Of a DNA stretch of 64,000 nt, positions 1 to 8,373 are shown piece by piece. This stretch comes from Eubacteriales bacterium. GTDB taxonomy: Bacteria > Bacillota > Clostridia > Peptostreptococcales > Acidaminobacteraceae. Within the stretch, counting starts at the first letter, position 1. Each line of letters begins with the position of its first letter. The DNA lies in the NCBI GenBank assembly GCA_043770095.1, contig JAYVIR010000026.1, positions 44,678 through 108,677 of the forward strand, in the 5' to 3' direction. Position numbers and translations under genes: made by a program. The notes under the pieces were generated by a model. That model was not told the origin of the DNA and searched no databases. It saw only the letters and a list, made by a program, of their open reading frames with translations.

Positions 1-342
1 ATGCTCCAAGCGGTCAAAGAAGGGTTTTTAAATGCAACCGATCTGGCCGATTATCTGGTAGGACTGGGCATTCCTTTTAGAACGGCTCACGAAATTTCGG
101 GAAAAGCGGTCAAATTGGCGGAAGGCAGCGGTCGTGACCTTGAAAGTCTTGCGCTTTATGAGTATCAAGCCATTTTGGAGGCAGTTGTCTCAGGTACGGA
201 TCTTCAACTGGGCAGCGAATTGTTTGAATCGATTGACCCATGCCGCAGTGTCAGTCAAAAACTCAGCCCCGGTTCAACCGCTGTGTCAGAGGTCGAAAAA
301 ATGATTTCGGACAACAAAAAACTGATTGAAAAGATGAAATGA
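1..342 (+). CDS. argH: Argininosuccinate lyase, C-terminal fragment (5' end outside the window)
   Basis: Translation ...LQAVKEGFLNATDLADYLV..GIPFRTAHEISGKAV... follows the conserved C-terminal region of ArgH. The ORF starts at the window edge. Confidence 0.8.
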   Translation: MLQAVKEGFLNATDLADYLVGLGIPFRTAHEISGKAVKLAEGSGRDLESLALYEYQAILEAVVSGTDLQLGSELFESIDPCRSVSQKLSPGSTAVSEVEKMISDNKKLIEKMK

Positions 343-360
343 TAAACGGGTAGACCGTTT

Positions 361-388
361 AAACACTAAACACTAAACACTAAACACT
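361..388. repeat. Tandem heptamer (AAACACT)x4 followed by an A-tract
   Basis: Direct reading: aaacact aaacact aaacact aaacact aaaaacg. It lies between argH and the downstream SBP gene. Confidence 0.6.
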
Positions 389-426
389 AAAAACGAAAGG
401 TTGAGGGTTAGAAAGAACCCTCTCAG

Positions 427-1302
427 GTGATGATTATGAAAACAACTCTATTAATGAAGACAATGAAAAGTGCGTTAGCTTTGACGTGTATTATAGCTTT
501 AGGTGTTGCCATGACTGGCTGTTCCACGCAGGCGTCTGTACCAGCGGCACCAGCGGCGACCGAAGCAGTAACAGCACCTGTTACGGAGGGTCAATTGGCG
601 CTTATTAAAGAAAAAGGGAAAATCGTGCTTGGCACTTCGGCCGACTACCCGCCGTATGAGTTCCATAAGACAATCGATGGCAAGGACACGATTGTTGGCT
701 TTGACATTGAAATTGCAAAAGCTGTCGCGAAGGATCTTGGCGTGGAACTTGAAATTGTGGACATGAAATTTGAAGGACTTTTACCAGCACTCATGGGCGG
801 GAAAATTGACTTCATCGTCGCTGGAATGAACCCGACTGAAGAGCGTAAGAAAAGCGTGGCCTTCTCAGTGGAATACTATGAAGCGCACCAAACCATTCTG
901 GTGGCAACCGATCAAAAGGCTGTGCTAAATTCTCTTGAGAGTTTTAATGGCAAAGCCATTGGTGTTCAAAAGGGAACCCTTCAAGAGCAAATTGCAACCG
1001 AGCAGTTTAAAGACTCTCAAGTGAAGGCGATTGGCAAGATTCCTGATCTCATTATGGAACTTAAAACGGGTAAAATCAGCGGCATTTTATTGGCAGATAC
1101 CGTTGCAAAATCTTATGTGACTAACAATGCTGACCTTTCAATCAATGGCATGGATCTTGGTTCTGAAGGTGGCGTATCAATTGCGATGTCTAAAGAAAAC
1201 CCTGAGCTAACGGCTGAGGTGAATAATACGCTCGAAGCATTAATGGCAGCTGGCAAGATTGATCAGTGGATTACGGATGCGAATTTGATGGTGGAGAATT
1301 AG
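427..1302 (+). CDS. Polar amino-acid ABC transporter substrate-binding lipoprotein (SBP family 3)
   Basis: Signal peptide with lipobox (AMTGCS), then a typical family-3 SBP fold (GTSADYPPYEF..., GFDIEIAKAVAKDLG...). An RBS aggtga precedes ATG 436; the ORF track starts at GTG 427. Confidence 0.8.
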   Translation: MMIMKTTLLMKTMKSALALTCIIALGVAMTGCSTQASVPAAPAATEAVTAPVTEGQLALIKEKGKIVLGTSADYPPYEFHKTIDGKDTIVGFDIEIAKAVAKDLGVELEIVDMKFEGLLPALMGGKIDFIVAGMNPTEERKKSVAFSVEYYEAHQTILVATDQKAVLNSLESFNGKAIGVQKGTLQEQIATEQFKDSQVKAIGKIPDLIMELKTGKISGILLADTVAKSYVTNNADLSINGMDLGSEGGVSIAMSKENPELTAEVNNTLEALMAAGKIDQWITDANLMVEN

Positions 1303-1397
1303 CACTGACCGATAAAAAAAGATGACACTAGAGACATCTTTTGAACTTGTTCACAAAATTCACTTGCAAAGCACGGCCGTTTATGGTAAATTGCTTT

Positions 1398-1612
1398 CAA
1401 TATCAAATGTAATAACTGTGATTGAGGGATGAAATATCAAAAGCACTTTGTAGAGAGTCAGTGTAGGTGAAAACTGGCAGGTGCAGATATGGATAAAGAC
1501 TCATGAGTTGCTAGTATAGCCGGTTTACGACCGTTATCCCGTCAAGAGTTATAAACTAGGATGGTACCGCGTTAACACGCTCCTTACAATAAATGTAAGG
1601 GGCTTTTTTGTA
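1398..1612 (+). promoter_or_regulatory. T-box leader (tRNA-sensing riboswitch) upstream of lysS
   Basis: The conserved T-box sequence aactaGGaTGGTACCGCG is at 1559-1576. It is followed directly by an intrinsic terminator (ccttacaataaatgtaagg + T-tract, 1585-1612). AGAGAG stem-I elements are near 1452. A sigma-A-like promoter (TTGCAA ... TGgTAAATT) sits near 1362-1392. Confidence 0.65.
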
Positions 1613-1664
1613 TTTAAAATTAGAACTTTTCTCTTGAAAGGAGGAAGTATGACGAGGTCATGCA

Positions 1665-3167
1665 ATGAATAAAATGAATGAACAGGTGAACGTTGTAAAA
1701 AAATTGAGTGAACAAGAGCAAATCCGCATGGATAAATTAAAAACTTTAGAGAATTTAGGAATCGATCCGTTTGGCGGCAAATTTGAACAAACGCATCATT
1801 CGGAAGAACTAAAGACGACTTATGCAGAGATGACAAAAGAATATTTCGAGGAAAATGAGGTTACTGTCGCCATTGCTGGAAGAATTATGACAAAGAGAAG
1901 CAAAGGTAAAGCGGGCTTTATGCACATTCAAGACAATGTTGGTCAAATTCAAGTTTATTTGAGACAAGATATTTTGTCTGAGCTTGATTACCAAGTGTTT
2001 GATATGTGTGATATTGGTGATATTGTGGGCATCAAAGGCATTGTATTTATAACAAATACAGGTGAAATTAGTGTTAAGGCAAAAGAATATATTCATTTGA
2101 CGAAAGCATTAAAACCCCTTCCTGAAAAATTCCACGGCATTACAGACGAAGATGAAAAATTCCGCAAAAGATACCTTGATATTATTATGAATCAAGAAGT
2201 GAAAGAAATTTTCATGAAAAAGCAAAAATTCTGGAGCAGCATTCGTAATTTCTTAATTGAAAATGACTTTATGGAAGTAGAAACACCACTTCTTGAAACT
2301 TCTTCAGGTGGCGCTGCTGCAACACCTTTTCAAACCCATCACAACGCCTTAGACATTGATGTATTCCTTAGAATTTCTATGGGTGAGCTATGGCAGAAGA
2401 AACTGCTCGTGGCTGGCTATGAGAAAACTTTTGAAATTGGTAGACAGTTTAGAAATGAAGGTATGAGTCCTGAACATCTTCAAGACTATACCCAAATGGA
2501 ATTCTACTGGGCTTATGCAGATTACAAAATGGGGATGGATTTCTGTAAGGAAATGTACCGTCGTGTGACAAAATCGGTTATGGGCACTTCAAAATTCACA
2601 ACGCGTGGCTTTGAAATCGATATGGATGCTGAATGGGAAATCTATGATTTTGAAACGGTGATCGAAGAGAAATTGGGCATTAATATTTACAATACGGATC
2701 TAGAAACCATTATGAAAAAGCTTGATGAAAAAGGTGTGGAGTACGATCGAAAAGCTGGATTCTGGAGATTGGTAGACTCTTTGTGGAAAGTTGTGAGAAA
2801 GGATCTTGCTGGTCCTGGCTTCTTAGTCGGTCAACCGGTACAACTCAATCCACTGCCAAGACGCTTGAAAGAAGATGAAAGAAAAGTGGCACAGATGCAA
2901 ATCGTTCTTGCCGGTTCAGAAATGGGTAATGGATATACTGAGTTAAACAACCCACTCGACCTCGAAGAACGTTTTAAAGAACAACGCACAATGGGCGAGG
3001 AAGGTGACGAAGAAGCACATGATCACGATGAAACGTTCGTTGAAGCACTCCGTTATGGCATGCCGCCAGCATTCGGATTTGGTGTATCAGAGAGATTCTT
3101 CTCAGTGCTGATGAATAGACCAATCAGAGAGTGTGTTATGTTCCCGCTTATGAAACCAAAAGCTTAA
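1665..3167 (+). CDS. lysS: Lysyl-tRNA synthetase, class II
   Basis: 500 aa. An N-terminal OB-fold anticodon-binding region is followed by class II motifs (FRNEG, GLGIDR-like). High similarity pattern to bacterial LysS throughout. Confidence 0.95.
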   Translation: MNKMNEQVNVVKKLSEQEQIRMDKLKTLENLGIDPFGGKFEQTHHSEELKTTYAEMTKEYFEENEVTVAIAGRIMTKRSKGKAGFMHIQDNVGQIQVYLRQDILSELDYQVFDMCDIGDIVGIKGIVFITNTGEISVKAKEYIHLTKALKPLPEKFHGITDEDEKFRKRYLDIIMNQEVKEIFMKKQKFWSSIRNFLIENDFMEVETPLLETSSGGAAATPFQTHHNALDIDVFLRISMGELWQKKLLVAGYEKTFEIGRQFRNEGMSPEHLQDYTQMEFYWAYADYKMGMDFCKEMYRRVTKSVMGTSKFTTRGFEIDMDAEWEIYDFETVIEEKLGINIYNTDLETIMKKLDEKGVEYDRKAGFWRLVDSLWKVVRKDLAGPGFLVGQPVQLNPLPRRLKEDERKVAQMQIVLAGSEMGNGYTELNNPLDLEERFKEQRTMGEEGDEEAHDHDETFVEALRYGMPPAFGFGVSERFFSVLMNRPIRECVMFPLMKPKA

Positions 3168-3282
3168 TTTAAACAGATCGGTAAGCCTTATGACAACAGC
3201 CGCTATGTCTTTGTTTTGTATCTTTAAAATCATTTGATTTTGTTCAAGTTTTGGGTATAATATTGTTATAGAGAAATTCTAT

Positions 3283-3297
3283 TGATAATTATTATCC
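3283..3297. promoter_or_regulatory. Fur-family 7-1-7 box (TGATAATtATTATCc) in the promoter of the selenoprotein gene
   Basis: Near-perfect match to the Bacillus-type Fur box TGATAATnATTATCA. It lies between a TATAAT -10 (about 3255-3260) and the RBS. A second half-site attgataatttt is at 3306-3317. Confidence 0.45.
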
Positions 3298-3332
3298 ATC
3301 TACAATATTGATAATTTTAAGGAGGTAGGCAC

Positions 3333-3647
3333 ATGAAGATTCAAACGAATTCATCCACTATAGATGAAATTAAGAAAATCATGGACACTCAAGCAGAACG
3401 CCCTAAATTTGTAAGAGTATTTGTTGCAGGCTATGGCTGAGGCGGCCCATCATTAGGTTTAGCTCTGGATGAGCTAAAGGATAACGATTTACAAGACGAA
3501 GTAGAAGGCGTTTCATTTGTTATGGACAAAGAAGTTCACGAAACAATGGGCAATGTTAAAGTAGAATTCGTAGGCAATGGTTATCAGGTTGTCCCTGTTG
3601 ATCAAGCGCCAAGCGATTGCAGCAGTTGCACAAGCTGTGGCGACTAA
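3333..3647 (+). CDS. HesB-like selenoprotein (Sec encoded by in-frame TGA at 3438-3440); paralogue of the downstream Cys form
   Basis: ATG 3333 follows RBS ggaggtagg. Translation MKIQTNSSTIDEIKKIMDTQAERPKFVRVFVAGYG-[TGA]-GGPSLGLALDELKDNDLQDEVEGVSFVMDKEVHETMGNVKVEFVGNGYQVVPVDQAPSDCSSCTSCGD stays in frame through the TGA to TAA 3645-3647. The TGA aligns exactly with the Cys of the paralogue motif AGHGCSGPSLGLALDE. The ORF track does not list it because of the internal TGA. Confidence 0.7.
3459..3477 (+). promoter_or_regulatory. Candidate SECIS-like hairpin 18 nt downstream of the UGA
   Basis: ttagctc-tggat-gagctaa forms a perfect 7-bp stem with a 5-nt loop inside the coding sequence just 3' of the TGA. 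This is where bacterial SECIS elements lie. Confidence 0.35.
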
Positions 3648-3697
3648 GCATCAAATAAACTAATAGAAAAACAAATAGCATTCAATATTTAAATAGA

Positions 3698-3735
3698 CAA
3701 ACCCTCAAATATTTATTGTTTGAGGGTTTCTTTTT
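3698..3735 (+). terminator. Rho-independent terminator after the selenoprotein gene
   Basis: aaaccctcaaa ... tttgagggttt stem followed by a T-run. Confidence 0.65.
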
Positions 3736-3743
3736 GGTGTGCC

Positions 3744-3779
3744 TGTGCTATAATTAAACTAGTAAATGTAATCATTACA
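3744..3779 (+). promoter_or_regulatory. Extended -10 promoter (TGcTATAAT) with a Zur/Fur-family-like 6-1-6 palindrome TGTAATcATTACA overlapping the transcription start
   Basis: TGnTATAAT at 3746-3754. Perfect palindrome TGTAAT c ATTACA at 3767-3779 (compare the Zur box TCGTAATnATTACGA). attgataatt follows at 3781-3790. Confidence 0.45.
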
Positions 3780-3788
3780 ATTTGATAA

Positions 3789-4118
3789 TTGGAGGCAATT
3801 AATATGAAAGTTGAAATCAGTCAAGAAACAATAGATGAAATCAAAAGAACCATCGAAACGCAAAGCGACCGTCCAGCAAACGTAAGAATCTTCTTAGCGG
3901 GTCATGGTTGCAGCGGTCCTTCACTTGGTCTTGCACTAGACGAAATCAAGGACACTGACCTCATCGACGAGTCTGGCGAATTAAAATTCATCATGGACAA
4001 AGACGTTTATGAGCAAATGGGCGAAGTAAAAGTTGAGTTCGTAGGCAATGGTTATCATGTTGCGTCAGTAAACGAAGTTGAATCTGGTTGCAGTAGCTGC
4101 GGCGGCGGATGTCACTAG
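3789..4118 (+). CDS. HesB-like protein, Cys-containing paralogue of the selenoprotein
   Basis: 109 aa. MKVEISQETIDEIKRTIETQSDRPANVRIFLAGHGCSGPSLGLALDE...VEFVGNGYHV...SGCSSCGGGCH is colinear with the upstream gene (about 55% identity by eye). It has Cys where the upstream gene has TGA. Confidence 0.75.
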   Translation: MEAINMKVEISQETIDEIKRTIETQSDRPANVRIFLAGHGCSGPSLGLALDEIKDTDLIDESGELKFIMDKDVYEQMGEVKVEFVGNGYHVASVNEVESGCSSCGGGCH

Positions 4119-4296
4119 TTTTTTGACGCGGCAAACAATTTAAACAAATGCAAAGGCCTCTATTCCTGAGATTGTTCTTGGGGGTAGGGGTCTTTTTTTG
4201 TATTCTCGTCACCGCGAAGACACAAATATTTGATATACTGTGCAAGGAGAATCAAAATTGCAACTTATTTCCTTAATGTAAAGGAGCTATTTATAG

Positions 4297-5013
4297 ATGC
4301 GAACATATATATGCCCCAACTGTTATAAATTAAATCCAGCAAGCCAGTTAACATGTAAGCGATGCAAAACTTTATTGGGAGAAGTTCCCGAAACCATTGT
4401 GACTCGAAAAGAAGCCAAGGAACTACAAGAAACGCTTTACAATCGGCATAAGTATGAGATTGTTGAGTTTCTAAAAAAGCAGTACGATACCTCAGAAATC
4501 TATTATCACGACGAAGAAGTTGACGCCAAGCCAGTTAGATTGCCTTATAAAATTCATTATTTAAGACGGCGTATCATTGGAATTTCAATTCTTTGCTTAG
4601 TTGCAATAGGAATTATTCTAACTGGAGCGGTTGATTCCAATGATCTGTTGAATGAGGATAAAATGTTTAATCTATCAAAGTATTTATTAATAGGATTGAA
4701 GTTCTTTGTTCCGCTAATTTTCATTTGGGGTGGTGCGGGAAGTTTAGGTTTACGCCCTAAGAACCTTCAAATTCATGAGTCACATTTTAAAATCGGCTCA
4801 AAAGAAATTCCATGGCATAAAATTCACAGAATTGGATTTGTGCAGGACGAGTCAAGCGGAAAAGAACGCGTCATTCTTGAAATATGGTATGACCAACACC
4901 CGGAAGTCTATCGACTCAAAATCAATGAAAATAAAGAGGCGTTAAAATTAAGAAAGGTATTAGAGGGTATGGCGATTAAAAATGACTGTGCCTATTACTT
5001 GGATTTAATTTAA
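4297..5013 (+). CDS. Membrane protein with N-terminal zinc-ribbon (CPNC...CKRC), two TM helices and a C-terminal PH-like (bPH/YdbT-like) domain
   Basis: CxxC...CxxC at the N-terminus and two hydrophobic segments. C-terminal ...HFKIGSKEIPWHKIHRIGF...RVILEIWYDQHPEVYRLKI... resembles bacterial PH domains. Confidence 0.45.
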   Translation: MRTYICPNCYKLNPASQLTCKRCKTLLGEVPETIVTRKEAKELQETLYNRHKYEIVEFLKKQYDTSEIYYHDEEVDAKPVRLPYKIHYLRRRIIGISILCLVAIGIILTGAVDSNDLLNEDKMFNLSKYLLIGLKFFVPLIFIWGGAGSLGLRPKNLQIHESHFKIGSKEIPWHKIHRIGFVQDESSGKERVILEIWYDQHPEVYRLKINENKEALKLRKVLEGMAIKNDCAYYLDLI

Positions 5014-5042
5014 GCGGATTTGCAAAATCAGGAGGGGAAGAA

Positions 5043-5246
5043 ATGAAAAACAAACTCAACCTAAAATATAAAGTCATCATTATCATTTCAAGTTCAGTGT
5101 TATTCTTCATTTTATTATCCATTACAAATCTTTCGAGCTCTGACGTAATGGGTGGAAATGTGAACCGGTCCATAATAGTCGCTTTGACGCTGACACTTAC
5201 GATGACTATTTTCTCATTGATCCAGTATTTTAGGAGGCGTAGTTGA
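5043..5246 (+). CDS. Small two-TM membrane protein (hypothetical)
   Basis: 67 aa with two hydrophobic helices. RBS ggagggga lies 6 nt upstream. Confidence 0.3.
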   Translation: MKNKLNLKYKVIIIISSSVLFFILLSITNLSSSDVMGGNVNRSIIVALTLTLTMTIFSLIQYFRRRS

Positions 5247-5346
5247 AATACAAGAAAATCTTCAAAAAAACGATTAAATCTGCCGACAAAGGTTATAAAT
5301 ACCTAAATAAGACCATGCAATTATCAACGATGGAGGGTTTTCAAAT

Positions 5347-7191
5347 ATGCTCAAAAAAACAATTGCACTTTCAACAGCGCTCTTAATAATCGTCAGCGGA
5401 CTCTCGGTAAGCAACCAATCAAACTTTACCAGCTACGCAGAAAGCCTTAAAACTGTCACGACAAAACTGGAAAAAGTAAAATACTCAGGTGGAACAGCAA
5501 CGTTCACAAGCATCCGAGTGCCTCTAAACGATCCTAAAATTCAAATAGTGACCACAACTGCCGCAAAGAAAATTGGACAGGTAGACACTTTGTCAAACCT
5601 TGTGCTTCAAGAAAATGATGAGATGGGCAAGGCAATTGCTGGCATCAATGGCACTTTTTTTAACGCTTACACAGATTTCCAGCCTGCGGGCACGATCATC
5701 AAACAAGGACAAGTTGGGCATATTTCCAATACGGGTAGTGTCATCGGCTTTGGAACGGGTGGGCAGCTTAGTGTTGAACCTTTGGACATTAAGATAGAAG
5801 GCAGTTCGCAGGGACAGTGGGTGTGGCCTTATAATTGGTATGCATGGAATTTGAATCATTTCTACAATGACCCAAAAGCGGTTATGATTTTTGATAAACA
5901 ATATGTTGGTGTTAAACCTAAACACGATTTTGCCGCTATTTCAGTGGTGAAGGGTGTGGTCACTAGCATTCAAGTGGGCGCTTTTAACATCCCTTCAGAA
6001 GGGTTTTTAGTGCTGACAAAAGATGCTGATATTCTTAAGAAGTTAACGCTTAAATCGACTGCGGATTACCGTTTTGTTTATGGCGTCAAAACATATGACG
6101 CAAAGAAAACCATTACCCCATATGATGCCAGTCAGATTCAGTTTGCGGTTGGCGCGGGGCCAATATTGGTGAAAAACGGGCAAGTGGTTGCTGACCCAAT
6201 AAAGGAAGGGTTTACAGAGCTAAAAATTCTGACGAATAAAGGACAGCGCAGTTTTATTGGGGTGACACAGGACAAGCAGTTAATTTTTGCTTCAGTGCCA
6301 AGTGTGACGGTTAAGGAATTGGCAGAGATTGCAAAGCTTTTAAAATGCCAAGAAGCGATTAATTTGGACGGCGGCGCATCGTCAGGCACCTATGCAAATG
6401 GAAAATCGGTGGTCACACCTGGGCGCAAAATCAGCAATGCCTTGGTGGTAAAAGTATTAAATGAATTGCCAATTGGGATTAGCCTCAATGGAAAATCGGT
6501 ATTTTTGAGCTTGCCAGCAGTCTATAATCAGAAGGATGAGCAGGTTTATGTGCCTGAAAAAGAATGGCTGAATCGATTGGGATTTGCAAATAAAGCACAG
6601 ACCTTGAGCAGTGTGACGACCCTTAAAATCAAAGGGGTTGATTATGTCGCCCTTAAAGAACTCATAGACGATCTGATGGGGAAATATGATTATAATAAAG
6701 ACACGCGCAGTCTGGAAGTGGTCATAACCCTTGTATCGGATATTTTGAGAGAGGCAAGTTCGCTTGAAACTCAGGGGCAATTGCCACTCGCTGCGGCGCG
6801 TTATAAAGTGGCTCTTGCGAAAGATACCAATAATATTGTCGCCCTAAAGGCGCTCGCGAACCTATACCATTTGAAGTTGAATGAGCCATTAACAGCGGTG
6901 CCCTATTATCAAAAAATCATTCAATTGGAGCCGAAAAACGTCTCAGTAATATCAAGTTTGGGGTGGGTATTATATGCTCAAACTCAGTTAAACGATGCAA
7001 AAGTTCTTTTTGAAAAAATAGTTTCCTTGTCACCAGATTCGGCGGTGGGCTATTACGGCTTGGCGATGGTGCTTTCGCATAACCAAATTAACGACACCAG
7101 CGGTGCTAAAGCAAATTTTGAAGCCGTCTTAAAACGTTCGCCAACCAAAGAGCAGAAGGCAATTTGCACGACATATATTAATAGTCATTGA
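5347..7191 (+). CDS. Secreted phosphodiester-glycosidase-family protein with copper-amine-oxidase-like N-terminal (stalk) domain and C-terminal TPR repeats
   Basis: Signal peptide. The central region (GINGTFFNAY..., NLDGGASSG) resembles the DUF2233/NAGPA phosphodiester glycosidase family. NGKSVFLSLPAVYNQ...VDYVALKELIDDL is a Cu-amine-oxidase N-domain repeat. The C-terminus has TPR-like repeats. Confidence 0.55.
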   Translation: MLKKTIALSTALLIIVSGLSVSNQSNFTSYAESLKTVTTKLEKVKYSGGTATFTSIRVPLNDPKIQIVTTTAAKKIGQVDTLSNLVLQENDEMGKAIAGINGTFFNAYTDFQPAGTIIKQGQVGHISNTGSVIGFGTGGQLSVEPLDIKIEGSSQGQWVWPYNWYAWNLNHFYNDPKAVMIFDKQYVGVKPKHDFAAISVVKGVVTSIQVGAFNIPSEGFLVLTKDADILKKLTLKSTADYRFVYGVKTYDAKKTITPYDASQIQFAVGAGPILVKNGQVVADPIKEGFTELKILTNKGQRSFIGVTQDKQLIFASVPSVTVKELAEIAKLLKCQEAINLDGGASSGTYANGKSVVTPGRKISNALVVKVLNELPIGISLNGKSVFLSLPAVYNQKDEQVYVPEKEWLNRLGFANKAQTLSSVTTLKIKGVDYVALKELIDDLMGKYDYNKDTRSLEVVITLVSDILREASSLETQGQLPLAAARYKVALAKDTNNIVALKALANLYHLKLNEPLTAVPYYQKIIQLEPKNVSVISSLGWVLYAQTQLNDAKVLFEKIVSLSPDSAVGYYGLAMVLSHNQINDTSGAKANFEAVLKRSPTKEQKAICTTYINSH

Positions 7192-7221
7192 CGCCACTTC
7201 TTAATGAAGGGATGCTGATAA

Positions 7222-7272
7222 AAAACACCCTATAAGCCAGGCTTTGATAGTCTATGCTCATAGGGTGTTTTG
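7222..7272 (+). terminator. Terminator hairpin (aacaccctat ... atagggtgtt + T-run)
   Basis: 10-bp stem with a long loop, then tttgc. Downstream of the 5347 gene. Confidence 0.45.
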
Positions 7273-7432
7273 CATAAGCGATAGTTAATAATGAAGCTGT
7301 ATTATTTTTTTAATTTGACCTTCAAAACTTAAAATAATAAAATAGAAACCGTGCGTAAGCATAATTTGGTATAATTAAGGTAATGAACTTTTCTGGAATC
7401 ATTTACTGGCAATAATGCTAAGGGAGTTGTTT

Positions 7433-8323
7433 ATGAAAAAGTGCATTCGAAAAGGATTCATCTTGACTTTATCGCTCGTGTTGATTGCAAGTAGCATGAT
7501 GGGCAGCTTTGCAGCTGTGACAACAGATCAGTTGCCATTGTCATCGGCCTTTAAATACTTCGAAAAATTACCAAAGGATCAAGTGAGTCTCTACGTAAAA
7601 GACCTGACATCGGGTAAAAGCTACGGCCTCAATGAAAATTTTATTAACAAAGAAAAGGAAGCGGGCATGATGGGCGCATCTGTCATAAAGCTTCATTTGG
7701 CCTATTATGGCGTCAAAAGTATTGAAAAAGGCACCTATAAATGGGATCAAACCTACAAAGATCCTGTGAGTGGGCGAAAATTTACCATCAGAAATGAAAT
7801 GTCTAAAATGATTACGGTTTCGGACAATGGCTCGTTCAATACATTGCTTCGATTTTTCAAGCCTGAAGCTATTAATGCAGGCTTTGCAGATCTGTTAATG
7901 CCAAATACAAAAGTGCACGCGGAACTAGGTCCTGCAGGCGATGGTTGGTCTGCTGCGAATAACAGAAAGCGCTATGGCACGACAAAGGGCGGTCGGATTA
8001 ACGCTTACGAAACCGCTGTGATGCTTGAGGATATTTTTAAAAATAAAGAAAAGGCAGATATGAAAGTGCTTCACAATTTCATGCTTAAAGTCAGCAATAA
8101 AGATAGAATTCCATCCGCGGTGGGCAAGGCAACTATGGTGGCTCATAAGACGGGAACGATGTCGGATAAAGATGGTGTTTTTGACGATGTAGGTATTGTT
8201 TATGGAAAAAATGGCAATTATATTATCTGTGTACTCGTCCAAAAACAAAAGGCTAGCATCGATAAAGAGACTCGCAAAGCGCTTAAATTGGCATTTGATT
8301 ATATGGAAAAATCCATCCGATGA
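7433..8323 (+). CDS. Class A beta-lactamase-related secreted serine hydrolase
   Basis: Signal peptide. SxxK (GASVIK), SDN (VSDNGS) and KTG (HKTGT) motifs are in class-A order. The Omega-loop ExxLN is not canonical (AELGP). ATG 7433 follows RBS agggag. The ORF track begins at 7415. Confidence 0.65.
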   Translation: MKKCIRKGFILTLSLVLIASSMMGSFAAVTTDQLPLSSAFKYFEKLPKDQVSLYVKDLTSGKSYGLNENFINKEKEAGMMGASVIKLHLAYYGVKSIEKGTYKWDQTYKDPVSGRKFTIRNEMSKMITVSDNGSFNTLLRFFKPEAINAGFADLLMPNTKVHAELGPAGDGWSAANNRKRYGTTKGGRINAYETAVMLEDIFKNKEKADMKVLHNFMLKVSNKDRIPSAVGKATMVAHKTGTMSDKDGVFDDVGIVYGKNGNYIICVLVQKQKASIDKETRKALKLAFDYMEKSIR

Positions 8324-8373
8324 TTTACGCCGACTAACAGTGGTTTTGCGAGCTAATTTTGCTGCATATATGA

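Noticed and set aside
361-424. Heptamer repeats and the adjacent 7-bp hairpin considered as a CRISPR or terminator.
   Set aside because: The units are too short (7 bp) and have no spacers. The hairpin (gagggtt..aaccctc) is not followed by a T-run and sits on the RBS of the next gene.
4119-4296. Looked for an intrinsic terminator or regulatory RNA after the Cys paralogue.
   Set aside because: There is a G-rich segment followed by a T-run (ggggtaggggtcttttttt) but no convincing complementary 5' arm. The terminator is left uncalled.
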